DNA from: Cyanobacteria bacterium auto_48_18
GTDB taxonomy: Bacteria; Cyanobacteriota; Vampirovibrionia; Obscuribacterales; Obscuribacteraceae
DNA: 64,000 nucleotides
Reading direction: 5' to 3'
Assembly (NCBI GenBank): GCA_036170915.1
Contig: JAVHQC010000025.1
Span: forward strand, 32,001 to 96,000
The translations under genes and the position numbers were made by a program. The notes under the pieces were generated by a model that was not told where the DNA came from, did no database searches, and worked only from the letters and a program-made list of their open reading frames with translations. This document shows, in pieces, positions 28,831 to 39,585 of the stretch. How positions within the stretch are numbered: the stretch's first letter is position 1; each line of letters opens with the position of its first letter.

Positions 28831-28866
28831 TTACCCCTTCTGGCTGAAAGCTGTGAGAAGGGGTAA
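28831..28866. terminator. 11-bp stem-loop after maf (terminator or stabilising hairpin)
   Basis: TTACCCCTTCT...AGAAGGGGTAA; weak U tract. Confidence 0.45.
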
Positions 28867-28888
28867 AATCGTTCTTTGATAAGCGCAG

Positions 28889-30430
28889 ATGACAGTTATG
28901 GCGGTACATTCAGTGAAATTCATTCCCCTCTTACTGGCGCTCTCTTTTGCGTTAAATGGCCCGGCCTGGGCTCAGAGCGATGATTTAAAAAGTGCTAGTG
29001 AAAGTGCCGCGTCTGGCAGCGAAAGCGACGGCTCCATGAATTCGCTCTGGTCAGATGAAGCAAAACCGGCTGGTACAACCGAGAATAGCGCCGTATCAAC
29101 ACCGACTTCAGTACAACCTCCAGCTGGAGCCGAAACCACAGTCACCGACGTCAGCGGGCTGTGCTCGATGAATGCTTTTCAAAGCAGTGAGCTTTTAAGT
29201 CGCTCAGCATGGCCTGGGCTAGGACCGTTTAGCAGTGGTGGCGAGAATCAATTTGTTGACCCGCAGGACAACAAACTAAAATTGTTTGTAGACGGCGATC
29301 ACATCACAGCATGCGAGTTATTTCTCAGCAACAGCGGCACTGCCAATCAAAATTTTCTCAATTTGGAAATGGTTTGTGACTTCATGCTTGAGGCACTGGG
29401 AGCTAAAAGCAGCAAAATAGCTGATTTCAACAGCTATCTGGAAAAGAATAAAGATGCTCTTGGCGGGGCGCTGTCTTCGGCTAAGAAAGCCGCTCCAGTA
29501 CAGGCTGGCCTGGAAGCCAAATACGCGGCACTAACCCAGGCCCAATTATTTGCTGCAGCTAAAGCCCATGAAAACGGCACCACAAGACTTTCAGAAGACG
29601 AATATCAGAGCTTGCTGCGAGTCTATGGGAGGAAAGTAGCAAAATCCAGTGGCGCTTCCGCTACCAATAACGACGGCCTTAAGACCACAGCCGGCGCTTA
29701 CGCAGTAGCCCTCTTCCCTGCCACTCAGGGGCCCGGAACACTGCTGATTCAAGTCACCAGCAAAAACGGCAAAATTTCAAAAACTGAAAGTATCGCCTAT
29801 GCTCAGACTGCACATGATGTCGAACCAGATGCAGGGCCAGATGCAGGGCAAAATCAAACTACTGACGTGCCTGCTAAAACCACAGTTATCGCTGCCGCCA
29901 ACAATACTAAAACGCCGGCAAAAACAGTTAAACCAACGAATGTCAAAACACCGGCAAATGTCAAAACGCAGGCCGAAGTAAAGGGTGTTGACGTAAAAGG
30001 AGTTGAGGTAAAAGGAGAGGACTCCGAAGGTACTGACCCTCTCAAAAATGAATTACGCGACGTCATTCGCAACTGGCAAACAGTGAAAAAAGCTGCAGTT
30101 AAAACTCGCGATACTTCAGCGCTCAGTACAGTTCTTTCTGGCAATGCTCTGAAACGGCAGCAAGACTCAATCAAATGGCTAGTGGATAACAAACAGCATT
30201 ATGAACTGACACCTAAAAGTGTCACCGTAGAAAAGTACGAAGAGATTTCTAAAGCGCCAAAAAAATATGCAGTCTTTACTATTGTCAAAGAATTGACCAA
30301 AGTTATGAAGGACGGCGTCGCTGGTGCGGCGAAGGAAACCGACGACACATATAGCGTCAAGTACACAATCGAGCGCACCGGTGACCACTGGTCTATCGCC
30401 GACTCATTACTTCTGGTGAAAAAGAAATAG
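28889..30430 (+). CDS. Secreted protein with C-terminal ARC6/Ftn2 IMS (DUF4101)-like domain
   Basis: Signal peptide PAWA-Q; C-terminus VIRNWQTVKKAA..LSTVLSGNAL..W...VKE..YSVKYTIER..DHWSIAD fits the DUF4101 pattern. Confidence 0.65.
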   Translation: MTVMAVHSVKFIPLLLALSFALNGPAWAQSDDLKSASESAASGSESDGSMNSLWSDEAKPAGTTENSAVSTPTSVQPPAGAETTVTDVSGLCSMNAFQSSELLSRSAWPGLGPFSSGGENQFVDPQDNKLKLFVDGDHITACELFLSNSGTANQNFLNLEMVCDFMLEALGAKSSKIADFNSYLEKNKDALGGALSSAKKAAPVQAGLEAKYAALTQAQLFAAAKAHENGTTRLSEDEYQSLLRVYGRKVAKSSGASATNNDGLKTTAGAYAVALFPATQGPGTLLIQVTSKNGKISKTESIAYAQTAHDVEPDAGPDAGQNQTTDVPAKTTVIAAANNTKTPAKTVKPTNVKTPANVKTQAEVKGVDVKGVEVKGEDSEGTDPLKNELRDVIRNWQTVKKAAVKTRDTSALSTVLSGNALKRQQDSIKWLVDNKQHYELTPKSVTVEKYEEISKAPKKYAVFTIVKELTKVMKDGVAGAAKETDDTYSVKYTIERTGDHWSIADSLLLVKKK

Positions 30431-30435
30431 GATTT

Positions 30436-32235
30436 TTGTTGCTCACGCGTATCACTAAAATCAGCGAAAAGAATAAGAAGAAGAGCGTAACGAGCCTGTT
30501 GCTATCGTCTTTGCTGCTCTTTGGCAGTGCTTCGTTAGTGTCCAGCTGCAGCACCGGTATCGGTACCAGTGTCGGACTGGGAACGGGCTCAGGAGCTGCA
30601 AATGACATTAGTGGTGCCGGCCTCAGTGCAGGGCTTAGTACCGGGCTCAATACCGGAAGCAGTCAAGCTATGGCGCACACCGCTGCCCCGCTTCAGCCCG
30701 CTGACGGTTCGCTATCAGCGGCAGAACCTGGTGTTGTCACCCTTTTTACTGACAAGAAACAAGCCTTTTCACCGATCAACTGTGTAGAAACAAAGCCAGG
30801 ACAACTGATTTTTCTTGGCGGCGATTGCCTTTATGTCGCTCAAACCAAACTACCAAGCGCCACTGCTGGTGGTTCAATTAGAGCACGCAGAATTCCGGCT
30901 CCTGGTATTGAAGGCACAGGCCGACTGGCGATTCCGGTTCACGAACTGGTGAATTTGATTTATTCACCACTGCGTGAATCAATAATAGTTCTGGATAAAT
31001 CAGGCGATTTATTTGAATACAATCTGGTCAAGAAAAATTGGTCAGTGTTGCGAGCAAACGTGCCTATTTCTGGCTCACCAGACCCTGAATTTATAGACTT
31101 TTGCATGTCCGATCAGAGTCGTACATTGAATTTGCTGGACCCTGAACGCAATCAAATCTGGCGTCTGGCCTTAACTCCAGGAAGTGCCAAGGTAAATCCA
31201 ATTTTGCAAGCCACCTTTGCTGAGGTAATGCCCTGGCGCCTTAAACCAGGCGACACCTCTGTAGCCGAATGTATTGCCATAGTTTTCGATCAACAGTTTT
31301 CGCTGCTCAAACAATTCGGCCAACTGACCACAATAATTCCTCTGGGTGGGCAAAACCGAGTGGCTCAAAGACCGCTATCGATGAACCCCATTGGTTTCAA
31401 ACTGTGCAAAGTCAGGCCTTCTCGCATGATTACATCGGCCGGAAGCGATGTGCCATTGCTGGTGGTTGAACGGCAAAACAATCGTATTCTCGCCGTAGAC
31501 AAAAAGAGCGGCGATACGAGGCCCTACCTATTTGCAGCCAACTCCAGCCTGCGCGGTTTACTGGCGCAACCAGGCGGATTCTGGGCCATCGATGGTGATT
31601 GTCTTAGATATCGCAGACTCTCTGAAAGCAGTCCTGGCACTGCTATTCTTGAGCACAGGCAGAATGATGCGCGCTTGGCCAAGCTCAGAGCACCCATGCG
31701 CGGCATGCGTTTACCCAAGCATGCAGGCGTCTATCCTGGGGCTAGAAGGCTCTATCGTTATGGCGTACATGAGGGTCTCGACCTCTTTAACGACCGCTTT
31801 CGTGTCAGCATGGACACACCTGTAGTGGCGGCCGGACCAGGCAAAATCGTGCGCGCAGATAGTAATTTCGTCGACATGAATCGCAGTACGTTCAATCGCG
31901 TCATGACTCAATGCGTCAACGAACATCGTACTTCAGACCAGAACGAAGACCTGTTTCGCGGTTGTCAGGTATGGGTTGACCATGGTGAGGGAATGATTAC
32001 CCGTTACGCTCATTTGAATAAAATCAATGCCAAATTGCGCCTCGGGCAATCCGTAAAGGCCGGCGACCTGTTAGGCTTTGTGGGCGTATCTGGAACCGGG
32101 CAGAATTTGCCTGGCCGCACAAAATATCCCCACCTGCATTTTGAAATTTTACTGGACGGTAAATATTTGGGATATGGCCTGACACCGGCCGAAACAGTAG
32201 GAATCTTTGAAGACATTTTTGAATCTGCGCATTAG
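30436..32235 (+). CDS. M23 metallopeptidase, probable lipoprotein with propeller-like middle region
   Basis: Possible lipobox LVSSC; M23 motifs HEGLD, YAHL, PHLHFEI. Confidence 0.85.
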   Translation: MLLTRITKISEKNKKKSVTSLLLSSLLLFGSASLVSSCSTGIGTSVGLGTGSGAANDISGAGLSAGLSTGLNTGSSQAMAHTAAPLQPADGSLSAAEPGVVTLFTDKKQAFSPINCVETKPGQLIFLGGDCLYVAQTKLPSATAGGSIRARRIPAPGIEGTGRLAIPVHELVNLIYSPLRESIIVLDKSGDLFEYNLVKKNWSVLRANVPISGSPDPEFIDFCMSDQSRTLNLLDPERNQIWRLALTPGSAKVNPILQATFAEVMPWRLKPGDTSVAECIAIVFDQQFSLLKQFGQLTTIIPLGGQNRVAQRPLSMNPIGFKLCKVRPSRMITSAGSDVPLLVVERQNNRILAVDKKSGDTRPYLFAANSSLRGLLAQPGGFWAIDGDCLRYRRLSESSPGTAILEHRQNDARLAKLRAPMRGMRLPKHAGVYPGARRLYRYGVHEGLDLFNDRFRVSMDTPVVAAGPGKIVRADSNFVDMNRSTFNRVMTQCVNEHRTSDQNEDLFRGCQVWVDHGEGMITRYAHLNKINAKLRLGQSVKAGDLLGFVGVSGTGQNLPGRTKYPHLHFEILLDGKYLGYGLTPAETVGIFEDIFESAH

Positions 32236-32248
32236 AAAGAGGGGCTAC

Positions 32249-35032
32249 ATGAGTTCGGAGCGTTCATCAGCAAGCGAAATAACAGCTGCCAAGGCCATTC
32301 ACTACATGAAGGCAAAAAGTTTGCTTACCGCTTTCAGTTTTAGTTTGACTCTGCTGCCGGCCTGCTTAAATCTGGCTACACCAGCTGCCTGCGCCGGTTC
32401 AAAGCATCATGCCAAATCAACTCATGTTCGGAATTTGATCGCAGCTAAAGCAGAGCAGAGCGAAGTCGAAAGCGATGAAGAAGATGCCAAACCCGCCAAG
32501 AGCAAAGAGAAAAAAGCAGAAGACAAGAAGTCTGACGCGAAAGTAGACGATAAAAAAGCCAAAGCTAAAGATTCGAAAGAGAAGAACAAAGACGAAAAAG
32601 TCAGCGAAAAAACAGACAAAGCTGATAAAGAAGACAAAAAGACTAAAGCCGAAAAGTCCAAAGATAAAGACGAGCCGGTAGTAGCCAAAAAAGGCTTCTT
32701 TAATCGCGGCAAAGACGCTAAAGAAGAAAAAGTAGAAAAAGTAGAAAAAGAAGTCAAAGAAGTAAAAGAAGAGAAAGTCCAAAAAAAAGAGATAGTCAAA
32801 GCTAAGCCGGCAACTGCAACACCGGTTAAAGATGTAGAAGCGAAAAGCGAAGTAGAAAAGAAAAGCGATGCGAAAGAAGAAAAGGCATTACTTTTTGAAC
32901 CAGATACCGCTCTCATCAGCGTACTCAAAGATCTGAACCGTACTCTAAAAGAACCGGAAGAGCAAAATAAAATTGAAGACGTCAATCAACGCATGATTGT
33001 GTCGCTTGCCTCAAACGTGCTCGATAAGGCACTTAGCGAACCAGGTTTAGCTTTCAATCGCATTTTAGCGAAGGAACAAGAAAGCAAGGCCCGTACAAGA
33101 ATGGCAGCCGAAGCCTGGTCATCAGGTGATGTTGTTGTTAACGATAAATTCCATGGCTCCATTGCCACTATTTGGGCCAAACGCATTGACGGCCTGGTTA
33201 CAGTTTCCATTGCTGGAGATTGCCATGACCGCAAAGCAAAAGACGGCAACGACATTGGCGAATTTCTGGTTGTAATTACAGCCAAGTCGCCTGTAGAAAC
33301 TGGATTTGATATTCAAAGCCAGGCCAATGTCAATTTCTGGTTAGGCAAACTCAGCAATATTGTGGTGGAAGCCGACTGCATTGCCAAGCAAGCGGAAGGC
33401 GAAAAAGTAGAAGGCGACGAAAAATCAGATCGCGAGCGCAAACTTGATTTAGACAAGAAAAGCGATGGTGATTTGCAAAAAAAAAAGTCACTAGCAGCGC
33501 TCCCGCCGCTGCTGACCAATAGATATCGCAGCTACTACGAAATGCTCGTCTTAAGAGACGATCGCCGCCGTTTGATTGCTCAGCAGCTAACAGCAATTGA
33601 TCCGATCGCTGCACCGGAAAAAGGCGAAAAGACTGCTGCAAAAGCAGAAGTAGAAAGCGAAGCTGATGACGCTGAAACGGTTAAAACCGCTAAGGTCAGC
33701 GATGAAAAAAAACCTGATAGCGAAGGCGACAAAAAAGTCACTGGGCCAAAAACTGAAAAAGTAGCAGCTGAAAAAACAGCTGTTGAAAAAGAACAGGTGA
33801 GCGAAAAAGCGCCCGCTGTAGAAAAAGCGCCCGTAGAAAAAGTCGCTGTCCAAAAAGTGGCTGTAGAAAGAGAACCAGTTGTAGAAAAAGCATCAGTTAA
33901 AGAAAAAGAGTCAGCTGCAGAAAAAGAGCAAGTAGCCGAATCAGTTAAATCAGTAGATGACGACAATGTCATCGTGCACACGAAACCAGCTGCTAGAGCA
34001 CTGGGTGTAGATGCGGCCGCAAGTGTTAAAGCAGATTCGACTAGCACCACAACTGCATCAACAAATAGTTCTCTGGCCAGCACCAAAGCCCCTGAAATAG
34101 CAATGGTGCCAACTACAAGTACAACTACTAGTACAGCTACAAGTACAAATTTCGCTACTACATCTCAAGGCGGAAGCACGCGGCCTCACAACAAACAAGG
34201 CAACGAGACAGCCTACGCCGGCGCAGCAGCTTCGATGGAACGTGTAACTGGGTTGGACCTGCCCGCCCTCAAACAACCGAAGAACTTCACCATGCTTCTG
34301 CCTGACAGAGCTCTGGCGGGTCAACCGTTAACGGTTGCTTTCGTCGACGAACAGCAAAATCCAGAAAGCAATGTGGAACTGAGTTTCAATGGTGTCACAC
34401 TTTCAACTGATCAAAACGGTCAGGCTCAATACATGATTCCGGAAGACGAAACACCAGGCCGTTCACTTAATGTCGCGCTACTCTCGCGCCCATATGAGAT
34501 GCCCTCAGTGATAGAAGTGTTGCAGCCATTGAACACTCCAGCAAGCGCTCAGGCTCCCAAGGTCGATAGAGCCAGTCATCTGGTCAGCCGCCGCAGTAAT
34601 CTCGTCATTGACGGCCATAATTTTGACGGCGTAGCTCAAAATAACCGAGTCATTATCGATGGCATGACAGAGGCAACAATTGCCGCAGCCTCTCCTGTAC
34701 AACTAAAAGTAAACCTACCCAAGACTTTGAGACCTGGCCCACACTCACTTTGTGTCAGCACTGAAGGCATGCGCAGCAACCCCATTGGCTTCGAGCTAGC
34801 CCAGCTGGAAGTGGCATGCGATCCCAATTCGAATCGAGTGATTGTAAAAGTAGTTGGCACCACCAGTAAGGTCAACGTCAAACTAGTTAACCTCAGCCCT
34901 GAATTGATCAAATTAAGCAAAGGCGATGATACGAAACTATTGAGTAGCGGTGGACCAGATAACACTGTCAACGTAGCAGTGCAGCGCATCAAAAAAGGCA
35001 ATACTCGCGTTGAAGCCTGGATTGAACTTTGA
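32249..35032 (+). CDS. Large secreted Lys/Glu-rich protein with C-terminal Ig-like/IPT-TIG domains
   Basis: Signal-like segment, two K/E low-complexity tracts, IDGHNFDG..NNRVII..ASPVQLKV.LP TIG-like motif; SD GAGGGG before ATG 32249. Confidence 0.6.
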   Translation: MSSERSSASEITAAKAIHYMKAKSLLTAFSFSLTLLPACLNLATPAACAGSKHHAKSTHVRNLIAAKAEQSEVESDEEDAKPAKSKEKKAEDKKSDAKVDDKKAKAKDSKEKNKDEKVSEKTDKADKEDKKTKAEKSKDKDEPVVAKKGFFNRGKDAKEEKVEKVEKEVKEVKEEKVQKKEIVKAKPATATPVKDVEAKSEVEKKSDAKEEKALLFEPDTALISVLKDLNRTLKEPEEQNKIEDVNQRMIVSLASNVLDKALSEPGLAFNRILAKEQESKARTRMAAEAWSSGDVVVNDKFHGSIATIWAKRIDGLVTVSIAGDCHDRKAKDGNDIGEFLVVITAKSPVETGFDIQSQANVNFWLGKLSNIVVEADCIAKQAEGEKVEGDEKSDRERKLDLDKKSDGDLQKKKSLAALPPLLTNRYRSYYEMLVLRDDRRRLIAQQLTAIDPIAAPEKGEKTAAKAEVESEADDAETVKTAKVSDEKKPDSEGDKKVTGPKTEKVAAEKTAVEKEQVSEKAPAVEKAPVEKVAVQKVAVEREPVVEKASVKEKESAAEKEQVAESVKSVDDDNVIVHTKPAARALGVDAAASVKADSTSTTTASTNSSLASTKAPEIAMVPTTSTTTSTATSTNFATTSQGGSTRPHNKQGNETAYAGAAASMERVTGLDLPALKQPKNFTMLLPDRALAGQPLTVAFVDEQQNPESNVELSFNGVTLSTDQNGQAQYMIPEDETPGRSLNVALLSRPYEMPSVIEVLQPLNTPASAQAPKVDRASHLVSRRSNLVIDGHNFDGVAQNNRVIIDGMTEATIAAASPVQLKVNLPKTLRPGPHSLCVSTEGMRSNPIGFELAQLEVACDPNSNRVIVKVVGTTSKVNVKLVNLSPELIKLSKGDDTKLLSSGGPDNTVNVAVQRIKKGNTRVEAWIEL

Positions 35033-36312
35033 ACTCAGTCAGCACCCGCTATGCCAAATCAATTGCTTACGCCAAACGCATCGCGGAGGTGATTCCGGGC
35101 GGTGTAGACAGTCCGTTTAGAGCTTTTCACGAAGTGGGCGGCGATATAGTCTTTTTCGATCGGGCCAAGGGCTCGAAGCTTTATGATCTCGATGGTAATT
35201 GCTACATCGACTATCTTGGCGCCTGGGGCCCGGCGATTCTTGGACATTGCCCAGACGCCGTGGTGAAAAAATGCCAGGAGACTTTGGCCAAAGGCCCGGT
35301 CTTTGGTGCCCCCCATGTTTACGAAATGGAAATGGCCGAGCTTGTTATTGCCGCTGTTCCTTCTGTAGAAAAAATTCGCTTTGTCAATTCCGGTACTGAA
35401 GCGGTGATGAGCGCGATTCGCCTGGCCAGAGGGTTTACAGGCAAAGAGATAATTATTATGTTTGAAGGCTGCTATCACGGCCACAGCGATGCCACCTTGG
35501 CCAGCAACGGTCATCAGTCTTCTAGTGGTATTCCTGATGGTGCACGTGCGGCTACAATTTTGGCGCAGTTCAACAATTTAAATTCGGTGGAAGATCTTTT
35601 GCAAAAGCATAAAGACCAGATTGCTGCAGTAATTGTTGAACCGGTGGCTGGTTCAATGGGTGTAATTGCACCACAGCCTGAGTTTTTGGCGGGCTTGCGT
35701 AATCTATGCAATCAGTATGGTGCCCTGTTTATAATGGACGAAGTGCTGACAGGATTTCGCCTGGCCTTTGGCGGCGCCCAGAATCTTTATCAGGTTGATG
35801 CAGACATCACTTGCTTCGGAAAAGCGCTCGGTGGGGGCATGGCAATCGGTGCGTACGGCGGCCGCAAACATATTATGGACAGACTGCAACCGGAAGGCGA
35901 CGTCTATCAGGCCGGTACTTTCTCAGGCAACCCGCTCACCATGGCTGGTGGCATTGCTACTCTTGAACTACTGGCTGATAGCCGCGTCTACGACACACTA
36001 GAAGCACGCACAGCCCAGCTTTTTGCCGGCCTGGCTAAAGTGATTGACTCTCATAATTATCCAGTCCAGTTGCCTCGCGTTGGCTCAATGTTTTCTCTGG
36101 TCTTTGCCCAAAAGCCTGTGCAAAATTTTCAAGACTCGCTGACGATAGACGCTCACACCTTCGCCAAATTTTTCCATTATCTCTTAGACAACGGTGTCTA
36201 TTTGCCGCCTTCAGCGGTAGACGCAGCCTGTCTTTCGTCAGAACACAGCGAAGCTGACATAGACACCACCATTGAAATTATGACGCGAGCCTTTAAGCAC
36301 TGCTTTGGCTAA
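35029..36312 (+). CDS. hemL: Glutamate-1-semialdehyde 2,1-aminomutase
   Basis: IPGGVDSP.RAF, WGPAILGH, FEGCYHGH, DEVLTGFR, GKALGGG, YQAGTFSGNP. Confidence 0.93.
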   Translation: MNSVSTRYAKSIAYAKRIAEVIPGGVDSPFRAFHEVGGDIVFFDRAKGSKLYDLDGNCYIDYLGAWGPAILGHCPDAVVKKCQETLAKGPVFGAPHVYEMEMAELVIAAVPSVEKIRFVNSGTEAVMSAIRLARGFTGKEIIIMFEGCYHGHSDATLASNGHQSSSGIPDGARAATILAQFNNLNSVEDLLQKHKDQIAAVIVEPVAGSMGVIAPQPEFLAGLRNLCNQYGALFIMDEVLTGFRLAFGGAQNLYQVDADITCFGKALGGGMAIGAYGGRKHIMDRLQPEGDVYQAGTFSGNPLTMAGGIATLELLADSRVYDTLEARTAQLFAGLAKVIDSHNYPVQLPRVGSMFSLVFAQKPVQNFQDSLTIDAHTFAKFFHYLLDNGVYLPPSAVDAACLSSEHSEADIDTTIEIMTRAFKHCFG

Positions 36313-37328
36313 CCACCGCCAATATCAAGTAATTCGGGATCTTTAGCGGCCAGCCACTTTTTGCGAATTCGCAGAGCCTCTGCGCGCAGTGGTGTAATCG
36401 CTGCACGCTCTTCCACTGTTTTTTCAGGGCACTGCCGAAGCACATCGGCAATCACCAGATTGACTCTGGCTCTAGCTAATTGCTCCTCCGGTTGCTCCGA
36501 ATGACTTAAGTTAGTCTGGGCTTTGGCAGCGGCGCATTCCGCTTCTTTAAATTCGCCGCTCATCAAATAAGCTTTGCTCAACTCTGCGAGCAAGCTGGCT
36601 TTGTAGCGATCTGGTGGTGTTTCTTCTCCACGCAAATCTAAGGCCAGGTGCAATAAAGTCAGGGCATCATCCGGTTGACCGGTGATATTAAGTGTGCGAG
36701 CTAATTCATAATAAGAGCTGGCCAGAGCGCGGTTCACGACTTCTAATTGTTGTGCAGCCGCGGCCGCATTCATCTGCAAATCTTTTTTGCGTTGCTCTAA
36801 AATTTCACAGCCTTTTTTGCCGGCCTTAAGTGCTTCTGAATATTTGCCCTGGTCTCTTAAAACCGAGCCAAGCAGCTCATAAGTAAGTCCTTCCGCTTCG
36901 ACTCTGTGATACTTTGCTTTTTGAGTGACGTTTTGCTCTGAATTAAATAAATCAATGGCCTGCCGCACTGTGGCTTCGGCTTCAGCGAATCTGGCTTGAC
37001 CACGCAAGACTTCAGCAAACAGCGCAAGATGGAAGCCGGTTTCAAGAGATCCGGGCGAAAATACTTCATGAAGGTTCAGAGAAAAATGCGCAAATTTCTC
37101 TGCGACCAGGAGCCTGCGATTAAGACCATAAATGGTGACAAAAATGGGCAATGCCGGATAAATGAAATAAGCCGAAAGCCCACCCACAATCAAGACGCCA
37201 ACAGGAGCAATCCATTTAAGTAGCGGTGTTGGGCAAAAATACCAGGCTACAACGCTGAGTAAAATCCACACCAGAGCATAGCTGCCCAGGATCACAATCG
37301 TCTCACGGGCAAGATTTTTGATTTGCAT
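36309..37328 (-). CDS. Membrane-anchored TPR protein
   Basis: Two to three N-terminal TM helices followed by TPR-like repeats. Confidence 0.7.
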   Translation of the reverse strand: MQIKNLARETIVILGSYALVWILLSVVAWYFCPTPLLKWIAPVGVLIVGGLSAYFIYPALPIFVTIYGLNRRLLVAEKFAHFSLNLHEVFSPGSLETGFHLALFAEVLRGQARFAEAEATVRQAIDLFNSEQNVTQKAKYHRVEAEGLTYELLGSVLRDQGKYSEALKAGKKGCEILEQRKKDLQMNAAAAAQQLEVVNRALASSYYELARTLNITGQPDDALTLLHLALDLRGEETPPDRYKASLLAELSKAYLMSGEFKEAECAAAKAQTNLSHSEQPEEQLARARVNLVIADVLRQCPEKTVEERAAITPLRAEALRIRKKWLAAKDPELLDIGGG

Positions 37329-37342
37329 GCGAATGTGTCGAT

Positions 37343-38077
37343 TTAGAAGGTCGAGCGCATTTTGACTAGATCTGAGAAGGTGTCCCAGATTACTGAGAAC
37401 TTTCCACCAGAGGCACCTTGGGTGGTGCGGGGCAAATGTTCAATTGGAATCTCAATTACCTTGAAGCCGGCTCTTTCGGCACGAATGCAAAGTTCAGCAT
37501 CAACAAAAGGAGATTTCGAAAGCAATTCTACTTTGTCGAGAATGGCTCTTCTAAATAGTTTGATTGAGTTGACGTCTTTATGTTTGTGGCCATAAAAAGT
37601 ACGAAGCATCAAGTTATAAACTTTAGACTGCATTTTGCGGCGAGGCGGATCGTTGCGATTAACACGAAGGCCAATGACAAAATCGTGATCTTTGAGACCC
37701 TTGGCCATTTGCAGCAGCTCTTTTGGAGCATACTGATAATCACCCGGCAGAGAGAACACCAGATTCTTAGTGCCGCAGGTATAGAGTTCACGAATGGTGA
37801 AACCGAAGCCTCTATTGACTTCATGATTTATAAGCCTGACGTGACTGTTAGCAGCGCAACGCTCTTGAATCACAGACAGAGTGCGATCTTTACTGCCGTC
37901 GTTGACCACTACGATTTCATAATCGTCGCAAATTTCTGCAAGCAATTTGTCAGAGTCATCGATCAATCTGCCAATAGTTTCTTCATCGTTATAAGCAGGA
38001 ATGATTAGAGTCACCGGGTCCAATTTGATTTTGGAGTCCGTCGAGTTAGAGCGCTGTCTGGGTTGAGTGTTATTCAT
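37343..38077 (-). CDS. GT2 glycosyltransferase (DPM1-like)
   Basis: IIPAYNDE, VVNDGSKD, NRGFG, FVDAEL, EIPIEH.PR. Confidence 0.9.
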   Translation of the reverse strand: MNNTQPRQRSNSTDSKIKLDPVTLIIPAYNDEETIGRLIDDSDKLLAEICDDYEIVVVNDGSKDRTLSVIQERCAANSHVRLINHEVNRGFGFTIRELYTCGTKNLVFSLPGDYQYAPKELLQMAKGLKDHDFVIGLRVNRNDPPRRKMQSKVYNLMLRTFYGHKHKDVNSIKLFRRAILDKVELLSKSPFVDAELCIRAERAGFKVIEIPIEHLPRTTQGASGGKFSVIWDTFSDLVKMRSTF

Positions 38078-38107
38078 GGTTAGTCCAATTGGTGGTTCTA
38101 ATGACTG

Positions 38108-39271
38108 TTAGACAGTTTGTCCTTCGGCAAAAGCCGAAGTTGAAGTTTGTACATGACTTTCGGTGACAGCGCGCTCTTGATAGAAGGCCTTAATGCCGTC
38201 AATGACTTGGTCTACTTGCTCGCTTGTCATTTCTGCGAACATCGGCAAACTCAAAATGCGATTGACGATATGTTCGGTGGTAGGCAAACTGCCTTCGCCG
38301 TAACCGAGGAATTGATATGCCTGCTGGCGGTGAGCTGGAATCGGATAGTGAATCAAGCATTGCACGCCACGCTCAAGCAGATAAGCCTGCAATTCATCGC
38401 GGTCAGGAGTTTGAATCACATATAAATGATAGACATGCTTGAAGCCTGATGCTTCAACTGGCGTCACCACCAGATCCTTCAACCCTTCGGTATAACGTGC
38501 TGCAATCTGACGGCGCTGCTCATTCCACTGATGCACATAAGGAAGTTGTGCCGAGAGAATGGCGCATTGAATTTCATCAAGGCGACTATTGATGCCTAAG
38601 GTATCGTGATAGTAGCGCTTTGACTGACCATAATTGCGCAGCATCTTTAGCTTTTTGTATTTCTCTTCTGAATTAGTGGAGACCGCTCCACCATCACCAA
38701 AAGCGCCCAGGTTCTTGCTTGGATAGAAGCTGAAAGCACCATAATCTCCAATGCTGCCGGCCACAGCACCACGATAGGTGGCACCAGTAGCTTGAGCTAC
38801 ATCTTCCATAACTTTGATTTTGTGTTTGGCCGCGATCTTCATGATCGCTTCCATTTCAGCCATGTGACCGTAAATGTGCACAGGAACAATCATCTTTGTG
38901 CGAGGTGTAATTTTCGACTCAAGTTCAGTTTCGCGCATCACATAAGTCGAAGCTTTGATGTCTACAAATACAGGGGTGGCTCCAGTCATAGATATTGCCG
39001 AAATGGTAGGAACGGCAGTGTGAGCCACAACCAGCACTTCGTCGCCCGGCCCGATATCTTCAGCAGCCAGTGCAAGATATATTGCTTCAGTTCCAGAGGC
39101 GCAACCCACTACATATTTGGCACCAACGAATTGGGCAAACTCGGCTTCGAACTTATCCAGTTCCGGCCCAAGAATATAGTAGCCGCTAGCCAAAACCCGG
39201 GCCACAGCCTCATCGATTTGGGCCTTGTAAGCCTGATAGTGCACTTGCATGTTGCCGAATGGAACGTTCAA
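38108..39271 (-). CDS. DegT/DnrJ/EryC1/StrS nucleotide-sugar aminotransferase
   Basis: SGTEAI, VHIYG, EDVAQA, FSFYPSKNLG, NSRLDEIQ. Confidence 0.93.
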   Translation of the reverse strand: MNVPFGNMQVHYQAYKAQIDEAVARVLASGYYILGPELDKFEAEFAQFVGAKYVVGCASGTEAIYLALAAEDIGPGDEVLVVAHTAVPTISAISMTGATPVFVDIKASTYVMRETELESKITPRTKMIVPVHIYGHMAEMEAIMKIAAKHKIKVMEDVAQATGATYRGAVAGSIGDYGAFSFYPSKNLGAFGDGGAVSTNSEEKYKKLKMLRNYGQSKRYYHDTLGINSRLDEIQCAILSAQLPYVHQWNEQRRQIAARYTEGLKDLVVTPVEASGFKHVYHLYVIQTPDRDELQAYLLERGVQCLIHYPIPAHRQQAYQFLGYGEGSLPTTEHIVNRILSLPMFAEMTSEQVDQVIDGIKAFYQERAVTESHVQTSTSAFAEGQTV

Positions 39272-39585
39272 CGTTATTTTGCCTCGCTAAAACCGCTGCA
39301 CCTGAATGTGGTCTGTGCAATTCTAGTAGAAAAGAGCATGATTCGAATTAACCCTGCTTTAGTTGACAACATGCCTAACTCGCAACTAGCGCTTACAACC
39401 AGTGCCCGACTGCTATCACAATTCTAAAGAGTGGCGGTCGCTGAGCCCTTAAGGCTGTAACACCGTGTTAGAATCGAGCAGAAGTGAGACATGATCAAGT
39501 ATTTAGTGAATTTCATAGAGTCATAAACTTGATTCATTGTTTCAGACAAAGGTGTACTTCGGCATTCTGAGCGGAATTTAAGAAT

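Noticed and set aside
32417..34086. Phe/Ser-rich antisense ORFs
   Set aside because: They are shadows of Lys/Glu-rich codons in the sense gene.
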